NCBI GenBank assembly: GCA_023213395.1
Contig: CM041465.1
Span: 130,393,741-130,457,740, forward strand
Length of the DNA stretch: 64,000 nucleotides
DNA from: Cycas panzhihuaensis
Taxonomy: Eukaryota > Plantae > Cycadophyta
Direction of reading: 5' to 3'
Shown here: positions 42,401 through 53,700 of the stretch, piece by piece
Layout: each line of letters starts with the position of its first letter
Numbering within the stretch: position 1 is the stretch's first letter
The notes under the pieces: generated by a model
What the model saw: the letters and a program-made list of their open reading frames with translations, nothing else
Told to the model about the DNA's origin: nothing
The model's database searches: none
Made by a program: the position numbers and the translations under genes

Positions 42401-44149
42401 GATCCTCACATACTTCAACTCTCTGCATCCCTCAAACTGCCCGTCTGTCACAAATGCTTGCCATGTCTATGACCTACGATGTCTTTGATTGTTCCCTGTC
42501 ATCCTACAATGTTGAACCACATTGCCCAAGAATTCACAACAATTGCCTTTTCGACCTGAATCATTTGCATCCTCATCACGACTTTCATTTTGCTCCGGAT
42601 TTGCTACCCCTTGGCAACCACCAAAATTTTACAAAGCTTCTCTATTGGGATTTGCCCTTAAACTGTCAACTGCTACTTAACATTTAACTGTCCCATATGA
42701 TTTATAATATGCCACATAGGTCATCATGCATCAACAATTTATGCTCTTATAAAATTGCCCTCATAAATAGTTTCATCAAGCCATTTAATGCCATGTAAAC
42801 CATGCTTATGCTACCATAATATTTTCATTAAACCATTTATAATGCCACAAAACTATTTCAAATGTGCCCTTTTAATATTCTCATCATAATACCATACATG
42901 TGCCACATACGTGTCTATTTTCTATCAAATATACCTATACCTGTCTCTGTTTGCCACTCATCATTTTGTATAGGCCTTTTGCCTATTTGTTGTCTTACTA
43001 ATGGGGTACTGGCTTCATTCTGGCAACGAATGTCAGTTTGAGATGCTCATAAAAACCTCTAGAATGATTCACTAGTGACAACAAATTTTAAAATAGGACA
43101 CTCGCAAAAGCCTTCACTAATGAAGATCATATCTTCATGTCATATCTAGTGGATTGTTTTGAATACCTGCATGCTTCGAAGAATATTGACATCAACATAC
43201 TAAAATAATATGTCCACATAAATTTAAATTAGCATACCATTAGTATCATTATTCTGCTTCATCATGCGGTTTTGTATATGGCTTCATCTCCTCTGTATGT
43301 GAATCTTCATCCCATTCATCTGGCCTCTAAATCTTAGTCATATGTCACTAGCAAAACTAGCATATTTAGATTTTGGCCCATCAAATTCACCTCATATCTG
43401 GCTCCTGTTCTAGCTCTATCATTGGCTCATCAATCAACTCTATAGGCTTTTTCTTGCTACATAAGATCTCTCCACTAACCATGGCTTTGATACCATGTTA
43501 GAATTTATAATTGCACTCTGATACCATATTAGAAATGTAGATTATAACGTAGCAGAATATAATATGTATATGTAATGACTAAATTTTCTCATGAGTTATG
43601 TACATAAGTAAAGAATAAACATGAATGTCAAGTATCAAACATCATAAATAATGCATCACCACAAGAGAAACAATAGATTTATATGTGGAAAACTCTATGT
43701 GAGAAAATGCACGAGAAAAGGTGGAGTTTGGAACTCCTCTTAATGATCAAAATGAATACATCTCCAGGTCTTAGACCTTTCTCAAGTTCTTAAGTGGTGT
43801 GTGTACATATTTATATCAATGCTCATATTATGAGTAGCCTATCATGTTTGTTAAGCTTTTACATCATTCAATAATATCTTTGCATGGATATATGTGCATC
43901 TCACATATCTCAATGTACGTGAATGGTGGGATTGTGTATGTGTCCATTCCACTAACATTAAACATTACATATGTGATTAAATCACATATTCCAACAATAT
44001 ATGACGTAATAGAGTGAAGGATTACATGCAGATGATGCAATGACGTATAGAGGTGGCCATCTTCCTTAAAGATTTATTGGTTTGCTCTTTATCTATGGAT
44101 AATTGATTTCTACCCTATAATCTCTTTCTTAAACAGATGAAACAACAAC

Positions 44150-46482
44150 ACGATCAAGGAGATTCCCTACTAGCTCACTATATGCAAATCTTGGTTGCAA
44201 GAGACATTATGAATTTCTCCATATTAAATGTGGCTGTGTAACCTGACCATTTCAGCCAATAAAACCATAGAATTTTGCCCAAAATAAGCTATCAAACCCT
44301 TAATTCTTTCTTGTAGAAGATAATAGTTGCCACAATTTTTGCATAGTAATATCACCACTAACCTTTGGATAGCCAAGGCTCAACATTTTAATTGCAACAT
44401 GCAATACTACAATAGAAAACCCATTGGCTTGCATGTAGCATAGTACATCCAATTAATTTAACTCAACAATGCCATCAATAAATCACAATAGGAAATGAAT
44501 GATTTTTGTGGACTCACCAATTTCTAGCTTACATGTTTAATATAGGAGCTCCACATTGTTAGGATGTAATGTTTTCATCTAGGATTATGTACACTTGAGG
44601 GTCACATTCCCCCTTTATGTATATCTAGACATGTGTAAGACACATGTCACTTGTACAAGAGTCGGTTACATTATACAACTTGTATATATATGTACTCAAT
44701 CCATGATATCGATAAAGACTTCATTTTTCTGATTGTTCTTCAGGTTGTTCTACATGGTATCAGAGTTGGTCTATTTGGCTACCTAGCTAGTTTTCTGAGG
44801 ACTGCTCAGACTCTCTTAAGTCATTTTGTGATTGAATCAAGGCAAGACTCAAGGATTAGAAGAAGAGTTCAATTTTTTAATATAAAGAAGAAGTTATCTG
44901 CAGGAAATTCTCTTCCGTACGGATCAGTACGGACTTGTACGGTCACAAATTTTTTGACCATCTCAGATTAAGCTCAAATTTGGTCAAGAGACTCATCTCG
45001 ACACGCAGATCACTTCTCTCCACTAGCTCAAGTGCATCTAACACCGTTTTCGAGGTCATTTCCCCTATTGATCAGTTGCGCTAGTTTGGACACAAAAATC
45101 CAATTTTCTCTTCGATTTTCTTCAGAAATCCGGGTAAACAATGATCAATACTCCTTATCAGCTTGTAATCGAAGTCTTAAAAGCATTTATTGTGATCATT
45201 TCAGCTTATTTGAAGAGTTTTTTACATTTTGAGCAAAAACCCTAACCACCCATTATTTGTTTTCAAGCTTGATTTCTCCCAAGTCTGAATGAATTTTTGA
45301 AATCTGGTACCAATTTTGGAATCCCCTTGAAAAGATCTTTCGTTTGAGTCCATTTTCATTCAAATCCGTACACTTTCAATTTTGTACGAAATTCGTACGG
45401 TTGTACGGACAACCTTTGTTCAAAATCTTGTCTGCATTTATTGACAGTCTCTTCTCAAATCTTATCTGTGTTTATCAATGGCCTCTTCAATCTTGGCCCT
45501 GTCCGAGCAAGATAAATTATCATGTGTGGAAGATCAAGATAGAGACCCTCCTTAGAGTTAAAAATGCTTGAAAAATTGCAACTGGAAAGGAGAAAAAACA
45601 TGATGATAATGACTTGAAATTTCCCAGTTGGAAAGAAAGGGACAATGCAGCCTTAATCACATTAAAACTCTCAATTTCAGACCCCCTACTCGTCTATGTG
45701 AAAAATATGAACTCTTCTGCAGATGTTTGGCAATTGGTTGAGAACATGTATGGACAAAAAAACAAAGCCCAGATCATAGCACTAAAAGAGAACCTCAGGC
45801 AACTCCTATTTGACTTGGATCAACCACAAAAGGGACCAACAACTTTATTCTGTGACAATCAAAGTGCAATCAAACTAACAAAGAATCCAGTTCTACGCGC
45901 TAGAACAAAACACATAGAGGTTCAACATCACTTCATAAGAGAAAAGGTTCAGAACAAAGAGGTGGATTTGATATACTATTTGACAAATGATCAAGTTGCA
46001 GACATCTTGACAAAACCTCTCAATAGAGACAGGTTCCTAATTCTCAAAAACAAGTTGGGATTCAAAGGATGAAACATTAAGAGAGGGTGTTAGGATGTAA
46101 TGTTTTCATCTAGAATTATGTACACTTGAGGGTCACATTCCCCCTTTATGTATATCTAGACATGTGTAAGACACGTGTCACTTGTACAAGAGTCAGTTAC
46201 ATTATACAACTTGTATATATATGTACTCAATCCATGGTATCAATAAAGACTTCATTTTTCTGATTGTTCTTCAGGTTGTTCTACACACGTGCAAATAAAA
46301 GTACACAAACTCCAACTCACCAAAACTTCCAATCTTTAACTCTAGCTCATTTTGGTTCTTTCACTGATGTCCTTATGTCACAGTCACTTCTTCTTATTAC
46401 TGTAGGCTAACCTTGGCTCTTCAATCTTCTTTGATCTAATCTTATCTGATCTACAGGAACTTAGTGTCCTACTCTAATGCCA
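44150..46482 (-). mobile_element. Possible very old copia integrase remnant, interrupted by element H
   Basis: Only short minus-strand motifs: KWSGY, AKIVATIIFY, CTMLHA, and WH*..GH near 46460-46482. Confidence 0.35.
44557..46285 (+). mobile_element. Internally deleted copia element H (198-bp LTRs 44557-44754 and 46088-46285) carrying a gag-RNase H fusion
   Basis: TSD CACAT/CACGT, PBS TGGTATCAGAG, PPT AGAGAGGG. Five LTR differences, all transitions. ORF 45614-46072 joins gag (IIALKENL) to RH (RQLLFDL...RTKHIEVQHHFIRE). Confidence 0.95.
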
Positions 46483-48407
46483 TGTTAGAAAATATGCATA
46501 GACAAGGGCGAGCCTTAGTGCTAGTGAATAGGTATGATTTCTGTTGACTTCTCTCATTACCCTTATGAGACTACAATTGTTAAGGGATCACTAACCGATG
46601 GTCTAGTTACGACTTGGTCAACATAGTCATATCATCACTTTCTCATACAGTTATCATAACAATAAAACATCATAACATCATCATTATGCCATATACTAGT
46701 CAATAATTCAACATACATTTACCATGAAATAACCATTATGTACAAGATACTCAATATGCCATGTAACTCATTATTATATTAAGCAATATCACTACCAAGT
46801 ATCCTTATATCACTGAAAATGGATGCATCCTACATGCGTTCCACCATGATCATAGCATATGCTTCAATATTCACTCTTATACACATAGGAATGTATCACA
46901 AGACTCAATGACTCGACTCTCCCATTAGAGAACATATCACTTGACTCATTAACTCATCTCTCACCCTTAAGAGTATGACATAAGATCAAATAACTTGACT
47001 TTTGCAATAAATTAGTGGAACAAGCCCTAGTAAATATCAATTACATGCCTTTTGGGGGAATGGTTGTGACTTATGGTTACAACCGTTCCTTTATATAACA
47101 AAGTGACCTTTCACTTAATCTTTCATTACAATCACTTAAGTAATATACATTCCGTCCATACGACCGTACGTATGTATGACCATGGATGATGCCATCACAT
47201 TTGGAATGTGCAGCTCAATTCTAGGCATGCGTTCCATGCATTCCGCATGCGGTCTTATCTGTGTACATTTCTTTCGAAAACGTACCCTATCATGCATTCC
47301 CCAAGAGTTGTCTTTTGGCTTTCTCTGTGGTTTTCTATCATGCATTCTCGCGGACATCCCTTTGGTGATGCATTCCTGCATTCCTTATGTTAAAATAAGC
47401 ATACGTTCCTACTTTTCCATGGTTCAAAATGGCCTAAGTACTAGATTTTGCCCCAACAATTTCTCTCTAGATTTTTAATGGTGGGCTTGTAAGAGAGTGA
47501 GCATGTCTTGTGTGGATTGTAAGGCCTTGTTTGATGGATTCAATGGATCGAATCCACCTTGGAGCTCTGATGGATTAGACTCCATGGATGAGATTGTTAG
47601 ATATGATTGATTGGATCCCCCATAGAGATCTAATGGAATGGATCCTATAGAGGAGGCATCCCATAGCTAGGAATATGGCCTAGACCCATGTTAGATGTTA
47701 CAGATAACCAAGTATCCATTGACGTAGTAAGTTGTGTCCACTTATCTTTAGTCACCACCACTTGGATATGCATATGGCTAGTGCACCCAGGATGAGCCAA
47801 AGAGCTAAAGGATAGTCCCTTCATGGGATTAATCTAAGGGAGGATGGATGGATTGATCCTGTGCCTAAAAATGAAGTCGGGACACCATTTCCTTGTTGAC
47901 CTCAGTGGGAGTATTACTCAATGGAGGGGGCCATTGTAGAGAGTGGTAGTGATGAAACAAGTGGGTGGGCACTTATTTCAGTGATGGACTATTAGGGTCA
48001 ATGTGCATGCGAATGCTTGATGGTGGGTTCAAGGAACAACACTTGTGCCGTTCTGATTCCTGCAAGTTCACTGGGAACACTCTTACCTAGATTGGTATGA
48101 TTAATGGATTGTTTGATTGTAATTGACGAATGCTAATGTATGATGATTATGCCATGTATATTGAAATGGAGGAGCCCCATGTATATGGGACACTCATCTT
48201 GGTTATGTATGGAAAGTTATTGATGATAATTGCCATTCAAGTAAATAGTGGAAAAATAATTATTAGTTTATAATAATTCACTTGGATATTAGTTAAGAAG
48301 AGAGGGTCTCTTGTGATATATATGCAATATAATTGAAATGAGAATACTACATTTAGTAGTAACTTCATTCCTATGTATGGATAAGTTTGTAATAGATTTT
48401 CACAACG
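46483..48407. mobile_element. Probable older solo LTR (~1 kb after removing the nested insertion)
   Basis: Termini TGTTAGAAAA...TTTTCACAACG, flanks TGCCA/TACCA, no coding content. Confidence 0.6.
46542..47458 (-). mobile_element. Solo LTR (917 bp) of the Athila/Tat-like family
   Basis: TGTTG...CAACA with perfect TSD ATTTC (46537-46541, 47459-47463). The reverse complement resembles 31700-32343 and 6359-7210. Confidence 0.92.
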
Positions 48408-49993
48408 TACCATGGGTCCACGCACCCCATCAAGTATTCTTTTCTTTTTAGACAGACTGGAAAGGCAAAGATATCATCCCCATATTTTAACATCTGCTTG
48501 TGACTTAACCTGTTTCATCAATACGGCTGACTCTATGCAAACACATCATTTCCAACATTCCATTCATGCTTTTCAACTTAACTTGATGAGGGGATGCAAA
48601 TATTGACCATCCTGCTGTTGTGATGAAACCTATACTTAGTCTCTGTGCCAGCTTCTAAAACTCAGGGAAGGGATCTTCTTGCACTTTTGTTGGCTTATGC
48701 TGTAAGATACTGATGAATGTAGTGTGGAAAACTTCTAACTAGTACTATGAAAAAAAACGTACAACATTGTTGACATATAATGTTCTCAAGGCTGATCTGT
48801 ATCTGATCAGATGGAATGCATGTGGCTAACTTTTCATCCACATTGGTTGTAGAGGACATACTGTAGCTTCTGATGAAGACAATATTAGAAGGCTACTGAT
48901 TTATAGAGGCCATATTTGAATGATGACACCCAAGATCGGTGCTATTTGATTGAATTACTTAAGCCAACAATAACTAACTATGCTGGTTTATGCTATGTGA
49001 TGCATCTCATGGATTGATGTCCATGAATGTCTTTTTTCTAGGGCTGAAATGCCTTTATGTAAAAATTTGCATTAAATTTGGCATAAAATTTAGCACAAAA
49101 CCTGTTAATAACTACATAAATTAGGCTTTTCCAAGTAATGTATTGTTTGCTTGAACATAAGCCCATGGATACTAAAGATTATACCTCTTTACATTACTGG
49201 CGTACATCTTTGGACAGAATATATGTCTCTGCATCTTTGAATGTATTTAGTACTTTTGATTGCATCATTGGAGGGTGGGGAGTTCAGTGAAAGGGACACA
49301 TTCTCAGTTTGATTTTCTGAAGAGTCAGTAAGTCTTGGATTTTTCACAAAGGTTAAAACATAGATGCTGTGAGGGTGGATTGGAAATGGCTAAGCAAATG
49401 CAGTTGCCTTCTTGCTAAACATATATTGGTTACATCTGACTTTCTGAAACTTGCAATTCTATTCATTTCACAACGAAGTGAATCTTGAAATACAAGCCAA
49501 TGTTTCCTTTTCTGAGTTGACGGGGCTTCCTCTATTGCATCCTTAGATACATCTCCCATGGAATACTTTTTTGCTGGTTACCAGAAGTCTTTTGTGTTAC
49601 CAGAGATGCATATTTAGCCCACTGTGCGATACCATTGTGGTCTGCAAGATTTTCTTCCAACTACAGGCTTAAGCCCTAGCTTCAGTCTCTGGGGGGTTGC
49701 ATGTGTATGGGGAGGTGTGTTAATGGTACCTATCACCTTGGCAACATGGAAAGAGTCCCTGGCATAAAGGGGTCTCTTAAAGTATCAAGGATAAACCTTG
49801 GGTTTGCCTCATAAAGCATTGCTTGGGAAGAAAATCAGTTGTGGTTGAAATAAGAGTTCCTATTAATAATTCTCAGCTTTGCTTGTAGCTTCGCCCTAAT
49901 GTTGAGTTCCACAACAGATGTTTGATTTTGGTACTATAATTATAAGTGTCTATTTTTCTTTTTCTCTGACTTGTGTTTCATGTTTTCTTACAG

Positions 49994-50049
49994 AGAAGAC
50001 TACCCCATGAATCTGTTTATATCGACATTCAAGATTCTACAGCGGGATG
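49994..50049 (+). CDS. Candidate 56-nt internal exon of an unidentified host gene
   Basis: Branch-like CTGAC, long pyrimidine tract, acceptor TTTTCTTACAG|, donor ATG|GTAAGC and U-rich flanks in non-TE DNA. Two open frames: RRLPHESVYIDIQDSTAG and EDYPMNLFISTFKILQRD. Confidence 0.55.
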
Positions 50050-50748
50050 GTAAGCTTTTGTTACATCCCTTTCAATAATTATTTCTTTTCATTGCGTGCA
50101 TCTCTTTATTTTTCCTCTTTTGTTTCATAAAGCAAGTTATGTTTGTTATATCTAGAAGAGTTTTGTTTTCTTTCTTTTGAATATGATGTGCTTATACAAG
50201 GACAACTCATATTGCTTACTGTACATTTTGCATTTGACAGTCTCATTTGTTTATTCCTTTTATAAATTTCCTCTAGTTTTGATGTACAACATGGAAACAT
50301 AGTAAACAGACAAGCATTCTCATGAACAAAATATTTTCCATATCCAATATTGCAGAGTGGCAGGCAAAATCACGAGAAGAAGAATGTTGCAGTTATTCAG
50401 AAGTTTGAATACCTACATGCACAACCCTTTCCAATTTGATGGGAATAAAGATTTAGAATTTGCATTCAAACTGGCTGGCAATCCCACTTTTGACAAGAAA
50501 AGTTCAATTTTCCTGCATACATGTATCTCTGAAATGAGCAAGGCTAGTCCAAATTTCCATGTGCCATTCATTTAAGTGTTACCATCACGATAAGTCATCA
50601 AGAAAAGTGACTTGCTTGGCAAGTCAAAATAAAGTGACCTGTGTGACAAGACATTAAATAAAGTGACTTGTTCATCATTTCAAAAGGTTTAGTGCTACTT
50701 CCAGTAATTAAACAAATGAGGATCCTTTTTGTAAGCATATGTACTAAC

Positions 50749-53700
50749 TGTTAGAATTGATGTTCATATTAGGACAAATTTGTAATGGTGAGTAGTCAAG
50801 GCATCATTAGCTTGATGACATGTGTCATAGGAGTTAGAAAAGTCCTAAATGGACTTGTGACATGTGTCGAGGCAATTACAAGTTCTTATTTATGTTAGAA
50901 TATAATGTTTAATGTTGTGTATGGTTAAGTAAAGTGTGTCCTAGGATTAATAGTCATAGTCCTAAGTCTTAGTCCAAAAGTCATTATAATATTGTGTGAG
51001 AAGATAGAAGCTTATTGGTCAAGTTAGTTGGTGTAATGTCATTGGTTATGACAAAGGTATTTGTCCCACATGCATTAACTGTCTTGTATGTCCTCCCACC
51101 TCTTTTGTATATAAAGGTGGTTGAGGTAGTATATGTCATCAAGTCATCATGGAGACTCATATTGAGTCTATGATGCATCATTGTTATGCTTATGTTAATT
51201 GAATGCAAGTTATACTTTGGTTATCAATCTTGTAGTTGTATTTGAAGTTAGATGCTCTCCATGTTAAAATTTAATATGGTATCAGAGCAGGTTGTGTGTT
51301 GAGGATGTTGTGGTGCTGGGTCACCAAGTTTTAGTCAAGGAAGGAGGTAGCTCTGTTGAGTCAGCAGCCAAATTGAGGATTCAAATTGGGAAGGTGAGAT
51401 CCCAAGGTCATCAATATTGCAAGGTGTGTATTGTGGTGATACAAGGCACATTTTTACCAGGTAACTCTACTCCTATAGCTTGTTAGGGTTTGTCCCTTGA
51501 AGAAAGTGGAAGTAATATATGATAACTGTCTTAAGGTGAAGGCTGGGTTGTGATGATATTATACCTAGAAGATCTATTTAGGGTTTGAAATATTAAAGAC
51601 CTGGTGGTGGAAATTGAAGGAAGTTGTCAAGGTTCGGTTCTTCATAAATTCTGCATTGCAGTTACTCATATTATCTCGCGTGCTTAAACATAATAGACTT
51701 CTGTGTTGGAAACTGTATAGGACCTATGGTAAAACCCTAGTTAGAACGGATTGAATCGTTCTCTAGGCTAGTACTGGAGATAATCACTACAGAAACTATA
51801 GTTGGGCTATTCCATACATGAAATTTGTAGCAGATGATCGGACAATGGCAAACAGTGTTGCAGTAGCCTCTTTGGCAACAGTGAAGCAGATGTTTGGTCT
51901 ACAAGTATTTGGCCCTATATTTTTTTTGTTGAGTTTTGTAGTTGATGAAGAAATTATAATAGACAAGTCGTCTGAAGCTTGGAGTTTTTTAAAGGACATC
52001 GAATATGATTTGCATGACATCTGGTAATCATTTTACAACTCAGTGAATTCTTGTCATTCCATCATTATTGTGATTGAAATAGAGGGAAAGAATTATGTGG
52101 CAAAGAAGCCTATGTTTGCTTCTGTCTTTGAATTGACCTAGGAGTCACAATAAGAAATGGCACAATTGTGGCAAACTGTAGAAAGTATAGCATGAAGGCA
52201 TTCAAGGCTGCTATACATCCAGTCGAACAAGTTGCACCAGGTTTTCCAGTGGGCTCTTGAAGAACATATCTGGAACAACTGTGGAGGGACACTAGTCTAG
52301 TTCCAACTAATCATCTCTTTCTTTCTATTATCAAACCACATCACAAATCTCAACCTCTGGCAAATTCTTTCAGAGACGAAGGCTGCGATCAGGGTTTTCT
52401 TCGTTCCACGGGCCTGGAATTGGTAAAAAATTTAGGACCTGGGGATGCCTTGACCAAAATAGTGTGATTTTAATCCAAGATGATCCGTCAGAGGAGCAGT
52501 TGTTAGAGGAGTCGTAGCATATGCCATCACTTCAGAAGATCACAGATTTTGGTCTATAAAGTACAGAAGGTTACAAAGGCACTATAAGATTTGCAATAGT
52601 CGATACTAACATCTTGAATGAAGCATGCAATGACCTTGATTTGATTTATACAAGGAATGCAACAAATATCTGTATCACATTTTCTGCAACTTGACGTTGA
52701 CCGTGACACATTTAAGTCAGGACGTGTGGGTCTTTAAGGTTCGTGTGAATGGTGTGATCGAATAATGCCTTGACTTGTCATCGCCGCACGTGGTGTTATG
52801 ACCTCAGATGACAAGAGGCATCGTCATCAGGCATACCTAGCAATCAATATAACAGGAAGAGGTGGTAACTGGTAGCACTCACAGGAACAGACCTAAGGAC
52901 AAGCAGTACAACGAAGTCCTAAGCCAAAGCGCATATGCATGAATGATTTTGGAGTTGAGGTTCAAAGTTCAAATGCTACAACCAACACTTGTAGCAGTAA
53001 TGTATCGATAGTGCATCCTGATCATTGGTAACAGACCCACATCCAGGGTGAGGTTTTTGGATGTGTCGCATAGTAGAAGGAATTTAGGGATTGCTAGGAA
53101 AAGATACACATCTGAACAGAGGGTTCTGAACAGGTTGTACAGTGGATTCACAATCGCTATCAAATGGCTTGTCTCCGACTAGAATATTTATTTTCTTTGT
53201 GCCATTTTTCATAAGTCTTTCATCAGTTGCTAGTGTTCATAGACAGGATATCTGTTTTCTTTGAGAAGGGCAAGTTTTGGGCTAGAAGTCAATATTGAGA
53301 TTTGTTTGGTGAAGATACCTTGTTTTGACACGGTTATGTTGGTGTGAAATGAACACATAATCTTAGGTAATATTTCTCTTGTTCAATCCAATCATACAAT
53401 ATGGAGTTGAGCGACGTCGTAGTTTTTGTGCCTAAAAGAAAGGAATACTGGTTGATAGATCTCCCTTTTCCTTTACCCAAATATGTCGGCACTAATTTTC
53501 GAATCTGGAAAATTAAGATGGAGTGCATATTCAGGGCAAAAAAACTTTGGAAGACAATTATGGGTACTGAAATGGCTCACGAAGAAGGGGAGGAAACTTT
53601 CAAAAAGAAAAATAGAATAGCCATTAATGTAATACTTGCAACCTTTGATAAGGATAATCTTCCTTCTTCCTATCACTTCCTCGTCCAGACTCTTCAAAAT

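Larger units (their letters stand above)
9941..43996 (-). mobile_element. Outer non-autonomous (LARD-like) LTR element L1 enclosing a 34-kb nest. 5' LTR 43496-43996; 3' LTR split into 9941-10191 and 27099-27358
   Basis: The ~500-bp LTRs match once the insertion is removed. Perfect TSD ATATA (9936-9940, 43997-44001). Minus-strand PBS TGGTATCAAAGCC at 43483-43495 and PPT (TTCCCCCT on +) at 27359-27366. Its own internal DNA (27367-28503, 42150-43482) has no recognisable gag/pol. Confidence 0.9.

Noticed and set aside
51870-51915. EADVWS, resembling kinase subdomain IX
   Set aside because: Six-residue match with no other kinase motifs in frame.
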